A stretch of 64,000 nucleotides of DNA from an uncultured Gammaproteobacteria bacterium (GCA_964427735.1 CAYRUS010000001.1:453790-517789), one strand, 5' to 3'; numbered from the stretch's first letter, positions 28,548 to 39,454 are shown. Made by a program: numbers and translations. The notes: generated by a model not told the origin, from the sequence alone.

Positions 28548-30689
28548 ATGTCAGAAAAAAGAGGAGGAGAAAACAAACTAAATCTAAATGAGAGATTTGT
28601 CGAAACCCACAATAAAAATAAAAAAAACTACCAGAAAGAGATGGAGTTAAGAGATGATGCAAGTCAAATTGTGGCACGGCTTTTAAAAGACAAACCATTA
28701 ACTGTCAAAAAAATAGCCTTTAATCCTGATGAACCCACGTACCCTGTTAGCTTCGGTCGTGAAGACGATGTTGAAATTAAAACCGAAGTACTTGAAAACA
28801 ATGTTGTTAGATGGTTTATTCGAAATGAAACTATTGTATCAAAAGAAAAGAAGGAGGAATTTCCAGGAGAATTAAGAGAAATGACTAAAGATGAGTTGGA
28901 AGAATTTATTAAAAGTATAGATCCCAGGAAAATCTCTTTAAGTGAACTTCATCATGTTTTGTCAGAATTCGATAATCTTCCTCGTTATAGAAAAGTTTAT
29001 GGTTATTTTGACGAAATGGATAGTCCTATTGCATTTGCTTATTTGGGGGAGGAGTCAGAGAGTGTCGCTGGAATTACATCTTTAATTGTTAATCCAGACT
29101 TTCACTCAAATGGTATTGGAAGAGCTTTATTAAATGAGCTTAAAAATAAATATAAAGCATTAAGCGTAAATATAGTTGCAAAAAGTATTGACTTAGATTC
29201 GGGTACAGCAAACCAAAAACTTCATAAGTTTTATAAAGAAAATGGGTTTGTCGCAGGTGAGTGGAGTCGAAACCAAATCAGCTTAGATGACATAAATACT
29301 GCAGGAAGTTGGCAAGAGATTACATCAAGAACATTTAACATAGGTGTAGGGCAACACCTTGTTAGTACTGAGCATGTTAAACGAGTAGTGTTTAGTACTA
29401 TATTAGAATCTCCAGCTCTACTAGACGATCTCTCAGATGAAGAAATTAAAAAATTACGAGAATGGGAGGAGGTGGATTTTAAGAGAGTTTATCTTGAACG
29501 CGAACTAGAAAAAATTAAAGAAATGATAAAAGTAGAAAGAAAAAGATCAAAAGGACCAATAGTTGGACATAGAACAATTTTTGACACTCAGAATCAAATT
29601 AATGATGACAAAGCACCAAAACGAGATAATGAACTAGGAGACAAAAAAGAAATTACGATTGGAGAACCGCTACCGCAAGAGTACGAGGAGGTGCTTAATC
29701 AAATACGGGATGATGCACCGGATGGATTTAAAAAAAGAGCAAGAGAAGCTGCTTATTTGTTTTGGGCTTTGGAAAACAATGCAAAATTATTTGATGAAGG
29801 TGGAGAAAGTTTACAAGAATTAAAAGACAATTTAGCTAAAAAATTAAGACGGAGTGGTTTTGTTGGAGGAGTATTTATAAGAGCTCAGTTCAAACTTTTC
29901 GGTGAAGACAAATATGACATTAATGAAGCATTACCGCATTGGATAACCAATATATCCTTCAAAAAGTCAGGTGAACCATTTAACGAAAGAGATGAGCAAG
30001 TTATCGAAAACTTTTATCAAGAATACACACAAGAATTTGCTACTCCTTACAAGTCTTCTGATCGTCAAACTTACCACAGATACAACACGGGGACAGTAAG
30101 TGAAAAAAAACAAACATACCCACCTGTTTCTTTTAAAATGTACATTGAAAGTAGAATGCTAAGAAATACCACACTTATAAAAAAAGCAATGCTGCAACTA
30201 ACAGAGAGAGGGTTGCATCCAGATACAACTAAACTATTTGAAGGTAACAGATTAGTATTATACTGGGAGTTACCTCTACACGAAGATTTAGCTCAAGGAA
30301 TATTAGAAGTGTTTGAAAGATATGACATCGAATATAGAGGGCCTGCACAAGACCCTAAGGAGTTGAAAATAGAAAAAAATGGAGTGATTGTTATAGACAA
30401 TCGAGCCGGCTCAAACGATGCAAGTTTAGGTGAAGCTGGAAGGAACCCGTTTACATGGGAAGAAAAAGTTTATGATCCAATAGCGTTTTTCAAAAAATAT
30501 TTGCAGTTAGTTTTCTTCGGTGCCAAGGACCCTATAGATCCTTATAGAATTAATTTTATCCCTCTTGTCGATAATTCGGATGGAAAGTATCCGGAAAGAC
30601 TAGAGTTGCTCAATAGAAAGGTTAGAGAATCAGGATTCGAAGTCTTTGCAACAAATCGTCCGTATTTTGATCTGTTTTATAATAAGTAA
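28548..30689 (+). CDS. Large (713 aa) protein with an internal GNAT acetyltransferase-like domain and a ~450 aa C-terminal region of unknown function
   Basis: GNAT-like core AFAYLGEESESVAGITSLIVNPDFHSNGIGRALLNEL...FYKENGF. The rest has no match I recognise. Confidence 0.6.
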   Translation: MSEKRGGENKLNLNERFVETHNKNKKNYQKEMELRDDASQIVARLLKDKPLTVKKIAFNPDEPTYPVSFGREDDVEIKTEVLENNVVRWFIRNETIVSKEKKEEFPGELREMTKDELEEFIKSIDPRKISLSELHHVLSEFDNLPRYRKVYGYFDEMDSPIAFAYLGEESESVAGITSLIVNPDFHSNGIGRALLNELKNKYKALSVNIVAKSIDLDSGTANQKLHKFYKENGFVAGEWSRNQISLDDINTAGSWQEITSRTFNIGVGQHLVSTEHVKRVVFSTILESPALLDDLSDEEIKKLREWEEVDFKRVYLERELEKIKEMIKVERKRSKGPIVGHRTIFDTQNQINDDKAPKRDNELGDKKEITIGEPLPQEYEEVLNQIRDDAPDGFKKRAREAAYLFWALENNAKLFDEGGESLQELKDNLAKKLRRSGFVGGVFIRAQFKLFGEDKYDINEALPHWITNISFKKSGEPFNERDEQVIENFYQEYTQEFATPYKSSDRQTYHRYNTGTVSEKKQTYPPVSFKMYIESRMLRNTTLIKKAMLQLTERGLHPDTTKLFEGNRLVLYWELPLHEDLAQGILEVFERYDIEYRGPAQDPKELKIEKNGVIVIDNRAGSNDASLGEAGRNPFTWEEKVYDPIAFFKKYLQLVFFGAKDPIDPYRINFIPLVDNSDGKYPERLELLNRKVRESGFEVFATNRPYFDLFYNK

Positions 30690-30690
30690 A

Positions 30691-30720
30691 TTATAACCCC
30701 AACTTCTTCATCTCCTCAAT
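30691..30720 (-). repeat. Copy 1 of a ~26-bp direct repeat (TTATAACCCCAACTTCTTCATCTCCTCAAT) that mimics the dnaJ 3' end; it encodes ...IEEMKKLGL* with no start codon
   Basis: The 17-bp core CTTCTTCATCTCCTCAA is identical to 31958-31974 (dnaJ codons EEMKKK). Confidence 0.5.
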
Positions 30721-30925
30721 TTGACTAAGTATGTATTTATGGAACAATTCCACCTGAACACCAAACTTAGCAAACAAAGTAACAAGAAGCAAAAGTATAG
30801 AAGTTTTTATCACAAAAGATCCAGAGTTCGATTTATTCAAAAACTAAGTCGCGTGTCTCTGTTTGTTGTGCTAATTCCAAACCTATTTTGAAGTCAAACT
30901 TCTAAACTTACTTTTATCTTATTGA

Positions 30926-31156
30926 TTATTGACGTTGATTAAGTATTGATTTTGAATGAAGTATAAAATCTTCAATTGTCGGAAATGGTACTCTTGGATC
31001 ATTCAATAGATCTTCATAATCTCGAGGAAAAGCTCTACGTGCATTCTCTTTATCCATTGAAAACATAGTTAATCTTAATGGCTGTACATTTCTTATAACA
31101 CCAAAGGTAAATGTAAAAAATCCCACAACAACAGTTGATACTTTTTCATTGAACAT
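30926..31156 (-). CDS. Hypothetical small protein
   Basis: 76-aa ORF with weak evidence. Confidence 0.3.
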   Translation of the reverse strand: MFNEKVSTVVVGFFTFTFGVIRNVQPLRLTMFSMDKENARRAFPRDYEDLLNDPRVPFPTIEDFILHSKSILNQRQ

Positions 31157-31206
31157 TTTTAATGAAAATTAAATACAGATATACCTTTCAGAATTTACTT
31201 TATATT

Positions 31207-31938
31207 TTAAAACCTGTCCTCTGGATCTTGTGGTACAAGAAAAGAACGAGTAGCCACTTCTTTAGGATCGTCATCAGTATCCCCAGTTAATGCATTAATT
31301 ACCTCTTCTCTCCTTTTTTCTATAATTTTAACCATATTTGCTCTCGATTCGTCAGTCCAAGGCTCACCTACCTCAGTTTGAAATCTGGCTACTAAAACCT
31401 GCCACAAAACGCTTTTCCCAACGTCTTCAGAAGTCCGAAGGTTATCATCAAAATATCCTGTTACAACTTCTTTCGCCTCCGGATCTGATATGGCATACAG
31501 GCTTAATGCTTTTAAGTTTTCCGGAGGTCTAATAGGTGGTTCTTTTGAACCAGTTGTAAAATTAACAATCTTAAATTTCCACCCTGGTGGAATTAATTCA
31601 TTAAGATCCAAAAATCTGTTTACACCTTGCTCGCCATATTTTAGGTTAAAATTCTTGATATCAAAATACAATACCTGTTCACCCAAGAGCCTTTGAAAAA
31701 CAGGTTCATCTGGTAGTAACACTTGGGTTAATTTATCAACCTCTGGAGGCGTCATAGATACACCTCTTACGTCAACAGACCAGTAGCCTCCAGTTTGATT
31801 TATATCTATATCTTTGGGTAGTTCTTCGTAGCTAGTACTTTCGACAGCGTATATTTGCCGGGGAGTCAAATAGTTTAAACTTTCTTCTGAGCCTATTGAC
31901 ATGACTTTAAGTATAAAATACCGATTTAAATAACTCAA
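31207..31938 (-). CDS. Hypothetical protein, immediately downstream of dnaJ
   Basis: 243-aa ORF, 8 bp after the dnaJ stop. Confidence 0.5.
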   Translation of the reverse strand: MSYLNRYFILKVMSIGSEESLNYLTPRQIYAVESTSYEELPKDIDINQTGGYWSVDVRGVSMTPPEVDKLTQVLLPDEPVFQRLLGEQVLYFDIKNFNLKYGEQGVNRFLDLNELIPPGWKFKIVNFTTGSKEPPIRPPENLKALSLYAISDPEAKEVVTGYFDDNLRTSEDVGKSVLWQVLVARFQTEVGEPWTDESRANMVKIIEKRREEVINALTGDTDDDPKEVATRSFLVPQDPEDRF

Positions 31939-31945
31939 ACCTGAG

Positions 31946-32830
31946 CTACAACCCCTTCTTCTTCATCTCCTCAACCAATTTCTTTTGATCACGAGTAATT
32001 CTTCGGGGAACTGAAACAATTAGCTTCACATACTGGTCTCCTTTACCCGACCCTCGAAGGTGAGGAGCACCTTTACCTCTTAAACGCATCATAGTGCCGG
32101 ACTGAGTACCTTTCCTGACCTTTAGCTTAACAGGCTTATCAACTGTAGGTACTTCCACCTGTCCACCTAAAACTGCCATGGAGTAGGGGATTTCAACGGT
32201 CACAAAAACATCTGCACCATCACGTTCAAAAATATCGTGTGGTTTTATGTTTACCGTTAAAACAAAGTCATCAAATCGGATACTGGATCCCTCATCAACA
32301 CCTGCGGGAATTTTGATTGTTCTTTTTTTACCATTCATCTCTACTTCTTTAGTTACTCCTTTTACAGCTTCCATAAAATCAATTGTGATACTGTAGCGCG
32401 GCATCTGTTGTGCCCGTCTGCCAAAGGGGGAGGCACCGCCGAAAAATTGCTCAAAAATATCAAACGGATCACCAAAGTCAAAACCTTCAAAAGGAGAATC
32501 CCCACCACGCGAGGTGTAGGTATAAGTAAACGGTCCCCAACGTCCTGCCTGCCCTTGATTACCTCCAAATGGTGAGCCACCATATCCAGCACCGCCTGGA
32601 GAAAAAGCTGCATGACCAAATTGATCATAGGCTTTTCTTTTTTGTGGATCTGATAAAATTTGGTAAGCCTCGTTTATTTCTTTAAAGCGTTTTTCTGCTG
32701 CTTCTTTATTATCCTGATGTTTATCAGGATGCCATTCCACAGCCTGCTTTCGATAGGCTTTTTTAATCTCTTCTGCAGAGGCGCTTTTTGAGACACCTAA
32801 AATATCATAATAATCGGATTTTGCTGCCAT
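31946..32830 (-). CDS. dnaJ: DnaJ-family co-chaperone lacking the zinc-finger domain (CbpA / class B-like)
   Basis: J domain YYDILGV...HPDK, a Gly/Phe-rich region, two C-terminal beta domains, and no CxxCxGxG repeats. Confidence 0.8.
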   Translation of the reverse strand: MAAKSDYYDILGVSKSASAEEIKKAYRKQAVEWHPDKHQDNKEAAEKRFKEINEAYQILSDPQKRKAYDQFGHAAFSPGGAGYGGSPFGGNQGQAGRWGPFTYTYTSRGGDSPFEGFDFGDPFDIFEQFFGGASPFGRRAQQMPRYSITIDFMEAVKGVTKEVEMNGKKRTIKIPAGVDEGSSIRFDDFVLTVNIKPHDIFERDGADVFVTVEIPYSMAVLGGQVEVPTVDKPVKLKVRKGTQSGTMMRLRGKGAPHLRGSGKGDQYVKLIVSVPRRITRDQKKLVEEMKKKGL

Positions 32831-32952
32831 AGTTTATAAATACATAATTCATATTACATAATAAACATTCTCGTTAAAACGGAAGTTTTTATGCACTATG
32901 CATTTTGTTTTATGCTTTAGTTTGGCATTTTACCAATTAATCTTGGTTTTGT

Positions 32953-32979
32953 TAAGCAGTCGATAAAAAGGAGTGCTAA
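32953..32979. promoter_or_regulatory. CIRCE-like HrcA operator (TaAGCAgTC-N9-GAGTGCTAA) about 125 bp upstream of dnaJ
   Basis: One arm is perfect, the other matches 7 of 9, with the 9-nt spacer of the CIRCE consensus TTAGCACTC-N9-GAGTGCTAA. Confidence 0.45.
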
Positions 32980-33245
32980 TCGTTGGCAATTAAATACTCA
33001 CCATCATCACCCGAGTTAGCGATTTGATTGATAAATTTCCATAATTTTTCAGTTAGTGATTTAATATCAGGTTCATTTTCTAATTCTTTTCTTAGTCTGA
33101 ACATAGCTACAGGGTCTTTTGGATCAATTTCACACATTATTTCCCACATGCATTCAAAATTTTTTAGGTCTTGTTTGCTTAAAAACCCTATTGCTACCAA
33201 TAAAGCCTGATCGTATCTCTTTTCATTTTCTCTTTCCTCTTTCAT
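32976..33245 (-). CDS. Small acidic helical protein (paralog of the next ORF)
   Basis: 89 aa, starting MKEERENEKRY. It sits between dnaK and dnaJ. Confidence 0.4.
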   Translation of the reverse strand: MKEERENEKRYDQALLVAIGFLSKQDLKNFECMWEIMCEIDPKDPVAMFRLRKELENEPDIKSLTEKLWKFINQIANSGDDGEYLIAND

Positions 33246-33260
33246 TTAATTCATTTAACT

Positions 33261-33548
33261 TTAACTATTTGGGCTTAGTCTAACCAATTCTAAACAATCG
33301 GCGATCCTATCTGAAATTCGTGCACCTTCAGGTTCGATGCTACGCACCATTTCATTTAGTTTATCTTCAGCATCTGGTGTTAAACTACCGTTTTCTTTCA
33401 ATCTCTTTAATCCCTCACTCCAAAGTGTATTAAAATTATCAAGTGAAGCAGCCTGCTCCGGGGTAAGGTTAAACAAATCAAGAACAACTCTACCAGCAAA
33501 TATAAATTTTTCCAATCCGTTTTTGTTATGTTTTCTCTCTTCTGTCAT
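33261..33548 (-). CDS. Small acidic helical protein (paralog of the previous ORF)
   Basis: 95 aa, starting MTEERKHNKNG. It shows the same N-terminal pattern as the 89-aa neighbour. Confidence 0.4.
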   Translation of the reverse strand: MTEERKHNKNGLEKFIFAGRVVLDLFNLTPEQAASLDNFNTLWSEGLKRLKENGSLTPDAEDKLNEMVRSIEPEGARISDRIADCLELVRLSPNS

Positions 33549-33689
33549 TTCTTCTTTAATGATGATATGTACCAGATTTAATTGTATTTTACAAGAATAA
33601 TTGATTCGGTATCAAATCTCCAGAGACTGTTCTTTACCTTTACTTGTACCAAAAATTAAAGCCTGATATACTCCAACTCAACGAAACAA

Positions 33690-34118
33690 ATGGGTAAGGA
33701 AAACCATAATAGACCATCTCTCGAAGAACAATTTGAAAGTTTAATATCTGAAAGCAGATACGAAGCTCATCTGAAATCGGAAAAAATGGGTGATCTAACT
33801 TTACGCAAGATACTTCAAAAATTCGAGACACCAGAACAGAAAGTTTCTTTAATGGTTTTAATAAATCGACAAGAAGAACCGTGGCTAAATAGGTTCTACG
33901 GCGGTATTAGAATCCTACCAGCTCAAGTAATTGAAGGTCGAAAGCTTGGAGAACATAACGAAACTGTACAGAATGTGTTAGGTGATTGGGAAGCTACTAA
34001 AAAACTTGTTAATGTATTAACACGCATTACCTTTACAGGTAGATTAGGAAAAATCGGTGCATCAGGAGACTTATCTGCGCATGAAGAAGATCCTGAAGCA
34101 AGGTATGGGTACAATTAA
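33690..34118 (+). CDS. Hypothetical protein
   Basis: 142-aa ORF on the opposite strand, inside the chaperone locus. Confidence 0.4.
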   Translation: MGKENHNRPSLEEQFESLISESRYEAHLKSEKMGDLTLRKILQKFETPEQKVSLMVLINRQEEPWLNRFYGGIRILPAQVIEGRKLGEHNETVQNVLGDWEATKKLVNVLTRITFTGRLGKIGASGDLSAHEEDPEARYGYN

Positions 34119-34125
34119 GTTAAAA

Positions 34126-36048
34126 TTACTCCTCAATAACTTCTCCTTCTTCTACAGAACCTTCATCTTTTGAGGATTTTTTATCTTTCCCCTCTTCTTT
34201 TTGACCTTTGCTTTCTGAATTTTGTTCTTCAGCTTGTTGCGATTCTGTAGCGCCATACATTGCTTGACCGATTTTTTGAAGTTCAGTTGAAAGTTCTTCA
34301 ATTGCCTTATCTAGAGATTCTTTGTCTATGTCTTCTTTTCCAGATAGATCCTTTACTTTTTCTATCTTTTCTTCGATTGGCTTCTTTATATCATCGCCGA
34401 CTTTGTCACCTGCATCTTTGAGTGCTTTCTCTGCTGCAGAAACTATCTGATCTGCACGATTTTTAGCTTCCACTTTTTCAGCTTTCTTCTTGTCTTCTTC
34501 TTTGTGTGTTTCTGCTTCTTTTTGCATTCTCTCAACTTCATCATCAGAAAGACCAACAGCACCTGTAATTGTTATGTCCTGACTTTTACCTGTAGCCTTG
34601 TCTTTAGCATTGACTTTTAATATTCCAGAGGCATCAATATCAAAAGTGACCTCAATTTGTGGAACTCCTCTTGGAGCCGGAGGAATACCATCAAGTATAA
34701 ATCTACCTAAACTCTTATTGTCTGCAGCCATTGGACGTTCTCCTTGAACCACATGTACTTCCACCTGAGTTTGATTATCAGCGGCAGTAGAGAAAACCTC
34801 TGTTTTACTTGTAGGAATAGTTGTATTTCTTGGAATCATAGGAGTTGCAACTGACCCCATTGTTTCAATTGCAAGGGTAAGAGGAGTAACATCCAAAAGA
34901 AGAATGTCTTTAACTTCTCCACCTAAAACTCCTGCCTGAACAGCTGCCCCTATGGCCACAACCTCATCAGGATTTACTGATTTATTTGGATCTTTGCCAA
35001 AATATTCTTTAACCGTCTGGACTACTTTTGGCATTCTGGTCATACCACCAACTAAAATCACTTCATCTATATCGTGAGGATCTAGGTTTGCATCTTTAAG
35101 TGCAGCTTCAACAGGCTTCATTGTTCGTTCAATCAAATCACTGACTAAACTTTCAAGTTTTGCTCTTGTCAGTGTCATTGTTAAGTGAAGTGGCTGACCA
35201 TCTTTTTGAGTAATGTATGGTTGATTAACTTCTGTTTCATTAGATGCTGATAACTCAATTTTTGCTTTTTCCGCAGCATCTCTTAACCTTTGCAAGGCTT
35301 GCTTATCTTCCCTTAAATCAACTGCGTATTCTTTCTTGAATTCATCTGCAATGTAATTAACAATCTTCTCATCAAAATCATCTCCTCCTAAATGAGTATC
35401 ACCGCTTGTGGATTTTACTTCAAACACTCCATCACCTAATTCAAGAATAGAAATATCAAAAGTTCCTCCACCCAAATCATATACGGCAATTTTTTCTGCT
35501 TTTTTCTTGTCTAAACCATACGCAAGAGCTGCAGCTGTTGGTTCATTTACAATACGTTCTACCTTAAGTCCTGCAATTTTCCCGGCTTGCTTAGTAGCTT
35601 GTCTTTGAGAGTCATCAAAATAAGCAGGCACAGTAATTACAGCAGAATCAACTTCTTCACCTAAATAATCTTCGGCATCTTTCTTTAACTTCATGAGTAC
35701 ACGTGCAGAAATTTCTTGAGGAGTATATTTTTTACCTTCAACTTCAACAACAGCCATATCTTCTTTACCAGAAACAATTTCATAAGAGACCATCTTTTTG
35801 GTTCTTTCAACTTCCTCGTCATCAATTCTTCTTCCCATCAGGCGTTTAACTGAATGAATTGTTTTATTAGGATTTAAAATCATTTGCCTCTTTGCAACAT
35901 CACCTACTAAATTTTTAACAGGCTCTACTACTGAAGGGGTAATATTGCGTCCAGTATCAGAAGCAGGAATAACTTTTGGTCTTCCTCCTTCCATCACGGC
36001 CACAACTGAATTAGTGGTTCCTAAATCTATACCTATTGTTTTTGCCAT
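34126..36048 (-). CDS. dnaK: Chaperone DnaK (Hsp70)
   Basis: [18 protein letters not shown]...DLGGGTFD...EEVD-like acidic C-terminus. Probable start is the internal Met. Confidence 0.95.
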   Translation of the reverse strand: MAKTIGIDLGTTNSVVAVMEGGRPKVIPASDTGRNITPSVVEPVKNLVGDVAKRQMILNPNKTIHSVKRLMGRRIDDEEVERTKKMVSYEIVSGKEDMAVVEVEGKKYTPQEISARVLMKLKKDAEDYLGEEVDSAVITVPAYFDDSQRQATKQAGKIAGLKVERIVNEPTAAALAYGLDKKKAEKIAVYDLGGGTFDISILELGDGVFEVKSTSGDTHLGGDDFDEKIVNYIADEFKKEYAVDLREDKQALQRLRDAAEKAKIELSASNETEVNQPYITQKDGQPLHLTMTLTRAKLESLVSDLIERTMKPVEAALKDANLDPHDIDEVILVGGMTRMPKVVQTVKEYFGKDPNKSVNPDEVVAIGAAVQAGVLGGEVKDILLLDVTPLTLAIETMGSVATPMIPRNTTIPTSKTEVFSTAADNQTQVEVHVVQGERPMAADNKSLGRFILDGIPPAPRGVPQIEVTFDIDASGILKVNAKDKATGKSQDITITGAVGLSDDEVERMQKEAETHKEEDKKKAEKVEAKNRADQIVSAAEKALKDAGDKVGDDIKKPIEEKIEKVKDLSGKEDIDKESLDKAIEELSTELQKIGQAMYGATESQQAEEQNSESKGQKEEGKDKKSSKDEGSVEEGEVIEE

Positions 36049-36095
36049 ATTATCGCTTATATTATTACTACTTTGGCACTCAGTTGTCAAGAGTG

Positions 36096-36536
36096 CTAGC
36101 TATAAACTTTTACTTTTACAGGACGAATCATCAAATCATCTATTTCCCATCCACTATTTATTATCTCTGCTACTGTTCCGGCTTCTTTTTCATTTCTTCC
36201 CTTGATGGTATCAATAGCTTCATGCTTGTTTTCGTCAAACCTGTCACCAACTTTAACTTTAATTTCATAAAGACCTTCCCTCTCAAGAGATTTTCTAAAT
36301 TCGGATACTACAATAGCCAGACCTGGGTCCTCTAAATGTCCCTGAACCTCTTCCATCATGTCTAAAACAGGCAACAGCCTTTCTAATAAACGAGCATTTG
36401 CAATTTTTCCAATTAATTCTTTTTCTTTCTCAGTCCTTTTGCGCAAATTATCATAATCAGCTAAAGCCCGAGCTAACTGATTTTTTAAATCTTCTATATC
36501 CAACTGACTTTTGTCTGTTTTACTTTTCTTTTTCAT
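36096..36536 (-). CDS. grpE: Nucleotide exchange factor GrpE
   Basis: Coiled-coil N-terminus and C-terminal beta domain; the sequence pattern matches the GrpE family. Confidence 0.9.
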   Translation of the reverse strand: MKKKSKTDKSQLDIEDLKNQLARALADYDNLRKRTEKEKELIGKIANARLLERLLPVLDMMEEVQGHLEDPGLAIVVSEFRKSLEREGLYEIKVKVGDRFDENKHEAIDTIKGRNEKEAGTVAEIINSGWEIDDLMIRPVKVKVYS

Positions 36537-37273
36537 CTGCTAATTTCTCTCAGTAAGTTTCCAAAATATCTGACAATGGGAACAACTGTAGGGCTAAGTC
36601 GAGCTGGTCCAACCACTCCTATTGCTGCATTTTTCCCTTTTACCTGTACACGAGCTACAGAAACTCCAACAGGTCCTAATGTATTCCACCCCAACTCTTC
36701 ACCAAAAACAATGCCAATATTTGAAATTTCGTTTACTCTTTCAAACAAAATTTCACGCAGGCGAGATGTTTGTTCTATTAATGAAAATAAATCTGCACAT
36801 ACCTCAAGATCAGAAAATTCAGGACTTTCAAAGATATTTGCATACCCTGCATGCCAGACTTTTGAATTCTCTTCGACATACCCTACTGCTAAATTTCTGG
36901 TTCTTTGTGCCAAAGAAACCACTGCTTCGTGCATAAGAGAATCTATATCATCCCTTACATCCCAAACTTCTTCTTTTGCACGCACTTCATCTGCAAGAGA
37001 CATATGCCTTTCTTCCATTAATTGGTCAATATAAAAACGCATTGCTAGAGGAGTAGGCATCCGTCCTGCGGAAGTATGAGGTTGTTTAAGATATCCAATC
37101 TTAGTTAAGGTTGCCATTTCATTTCTGATTGTAGCTGAAGAAACCCCTAAGTTATATTTTTTCTCCAAAATCTCTGACCCAACAGGAACAGCTGACTCTA
37201 CATACTCATCTATTAGAGCTTTTAGAATTTGTGTTTGCCTTGCTGTTAACCCTTGTGGCTTATCCATATCCAT
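36533..37273 (-). CDS. hrcA: Heat-inducible transcription repressor HrcA
   Basis: N-terminal winged helix LTARQTQILKALIDEYVESAVPVGSE. Confidence 0.9.
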   Translation of the reverse strand: MDMDKPQGLTARQTQILKALIDEYVESAVPVGSEILEKKYNLGVSSATIRNEMATLTKIGYLKQPHTSAGRMPTPLAMRFYIDQLMEERHMSLADEVRAKEEVWDVRDDIDSLMHEAVVSLAQRTRNLAVGYVEENSKVWHAGYANIFESPEFSDLEVCADLFSLIEQTSRLREILFERVNEISNIGIVFGEELGWNTLGPVGVSVARVQVKGKNAAIGVVGPARLSPTVVPIVRYFGNLLREISR

Positions 37274-37288
37274 AATAGTACCCTTATT

Positions 37289-37315
37289 TTAGCAGAATGC
37301 TATCATGAGTGCTAA
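37289..37315. promoter_or_regulatory. CIRCE operator (gene-strand reading TTAGCACTC-N9-TTCTGCTAA) overlapping a TTGACA-17-TAGCAT promoter upstream of hrcA-grpE-dnaK
   Basis: The + strand reads TTAGCAgaa-tgctatcat-GAGTGCTAA. A -35 TTGACA is found on the minus strand 17 nt upstream of TAGCAT. Confidence 0.7.
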
Positions 37316-37336
37316 GCAGTGTCAAGAGAAATAATG

Positions 37337-39058
37337 CTATATAGAGTCCGTAGTGACGGGAGAAAGAGGCTCTTTTTCGTCCTGTGGTATAGGGGAGAGT
37401 TTGTGTTTAACCAAAACTCTCTTTACTAGTCTAATCATCACCCATAATTCATTTAATTTAAACAAATAAGCTATAAAAAGATAAATAGAAAGTCCTACCA
37501 AAGATACAAAAATAGTTAACAGCAGAAGGTTTACAGTGTAACGAGTATCTAGTACAAATCTTTCAAACTGCAAATTTCTAGTTATCTCTGTTCCTGTAAC
37601 AAATGAAAGGCTTTTGACCCAAACAGACAAATCTAGAAATTTAAGAAGAACAAACATTACCAAACCAGAGATACTTGCAGCAATAAAAGCCTTCAATTCA
37701 GGAAGTAAATATTTAAATGAAAAATCTCCAATTTTTTTATTTATTAACACCAAAAGCATTAATGCCTGAAAAAAACTACCGATTGAAAACGCAGCCGCAA
37801 GTCCCCAAACCGGAAGATTTAACTCATAAATGAAAAGAAAATCAAAAAAAACAATGAGCACCATACTAATAATAGAAACAGCTACAGGTGTTTTTGTATC
37901 CTGTAAGGCGTAAAAACTCCTAGCTAGAAGTGCTGAAGCTGCCTGAAAAACAATACCAAACGCAAATGCAGACAAAACCATCCCGGTTTGCACAGTGTCT
38001 TCCCATTCAAAAAGTTCTCTTCCGTAAACGATTCTTACTATCGGAATTCTAAGAACAATAAGTACAGTTGCAATTGGCAAGATCAAAAACACCATTTGAT
38101 GCAGACCATTCCACATTGTTTTTTTAAACTTATTTAAATCATCACTTTGGCTTGATAAAGTAGGCAGTGCTGCCTTAGCAATTGAAGTACCGAACAATGT
38201 TACAGGCATCAACTGTAAACTATTTGCCAAAGTAAAATATGCATACGAAGCTGTCGTAAGCAAAGAAGCTAGGAATAACTCAACCATTTTTGTCACCTGC
38301 AAAAAAGTAACTTCAACCATTCTAGGCGCAGCAAGTTCTCCAATTTTTTTAACTTCGCTCGTTATTTTTATTCTAGGATGAAACCTAAATCCTAACTTAA
38401 CTGCCAAGGGAAGTTGAACAAAAAAATGAGCCATAGCACCAAGCAAAACACCTAGTGCAGGTCCTACAAGACCAAACCTATCAGAGAATGTAATTGTCCC
38501 AACAATTATCCCTACATTGTAAAAAAGGGGGGCCAAAGCTGGTACTAGAAATCTTTTCAAAGACTCCAAAACACCTGTTAGTACATAACTTATAACAAAA
38601 AATATCTGAGCTGAGAGTAACACCCTTGTAATCATAGTAATTTGCTTTATTTGTGCAGCTGAATAACCAGGAGTAAAAATCGTATAAATATGTTCAGCAA
38701 ACACACCAAAAAAGAGAGAAAAGACAAGAAAGATAATTAAGCCAATATTGGCTACGCTTCCTGCAATTTGCCATGCATTGTCTATACTTTTGTTCGCCGC
38801 TTTAGCAAAAACAGGGATAAAAGCGGAAGAAAACGTACCAAAAACAAGAATTTCAAAGATAGTGTCAGGGAGACGAAAAGCAGCAAAAAATATTGAAACA
38901 TCTTCTGTTGTGAAGAATTTAATTAAGATTATCTTGCTCAAAAGGCCAAGTACTTTCGCCGCTGCAATCGCTATCATTATTATTGTTGCTGCGGACATAA
39001 CACTGTCTTGAGGTCCTGTTAATAATTTTCTACCCTCGTTAAATAGTTTTTTGACCAT
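37337..39058 (-). CDS. murJ: Lipid II flippase MurJ/MviN
   Basis: 14-TM MOP-superfamily pattern with a MurJ-like N-terminus. Confidence 0.85.
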   Translation of the reverse strand: MVKKLFNEGRKLLTGPQDSVMSAATIIMIAIAAAKVLGLLSKIILIKFFTTEDVSIFFAAFRLPDTIFEILVFGTFSSAFIPVFAKAANKSIDNAWQIAGSVANIGLIIFLVFSLFFGVFAEHIYTIFTPGYSAAQIKQITMITRVLLSAQIFFVISYVLTGVLESLKRFLVPALAPLFYNVGIIVGTITFSDRFGLVGPALGVLLGAMAHFFVQLPLAVKLGFRFHPRIKITSEVKKIGELAAPRMVEVTFLQVTKMVELFLASLLTTASYAYFTLANSLQLMPVTLFGTSIAKAALPTLSSQSDDLNKFKKTMWNGLHQMVFLILPIATVLIVLRIPIVRIVYGRELFEWEDTVQTGMVLSAFAFGIVFQAASALLARSFYALQDTKTPVAVSIISMVLIVFFDFLFIYELNLPVWGLAAAFSIGSFFQALMLLVLINKKIGDFSFKYLLPELKAFIAASISGLVMFVLLKFLDLSVWVKSLSFVTGTEITRNLQFERFVLDTRYTVNLLLLTIFVSLVGLSIYLFIAYLFKLNELWVMIRLVKRVLVKHKLSPIPQDEKEPLSPVTTDSI

Positions 39059-39181
39059 GATTGATATTTATAGTATTTTGAATTATACTCTCACCTGTTG
39101 TAGATATTTCTGGTTAAAAACCTGAAAAACTGCTATTATATTAACTTAAGATAGCCAGGACGTCATCATCAAAATAAATTT

Positions 39182-39433
39182 ATGCCAGTTACAAAAACAG
39201 CAAAAAGAGCATTAAGATCGTCAAAAAGAAAAGAAACAGTTAACAGGAAAACTGTTAAAGAACTTGAAATAGCTCTCAGAAATGCCGAAAAGAGTCGTTC
39301 TGAGAAGGCTGTTAGAGAAGCTGTTTCAAAAACCCATAGAGCAGCAAAAAAGGGTATCATTCATTCAAACAAAGCAGCCAGAATAGTCAACAGACTGTAT
39401 TCTTCAATTTCTCCAAAAGGTAAGAAAAATTAA
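39182..39433 (+). CDS. rpsT: 30S ribosomal protein S20
   Basis: MPVTKTAKRALRSSKRKETVNRK... basic helical protein of 83 aa. Confidence 0.9.
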   Translation: MPVTKTAKRALRSSKRKETVNRKTVKELEIALRNAEKSRSEKAVREAVSKTHRAAKKGIIHSNKAARIVNRLYSSISPKGKKN

Positions 39434-39454
39434 GTTTTATAATCTTTGAAGTCA

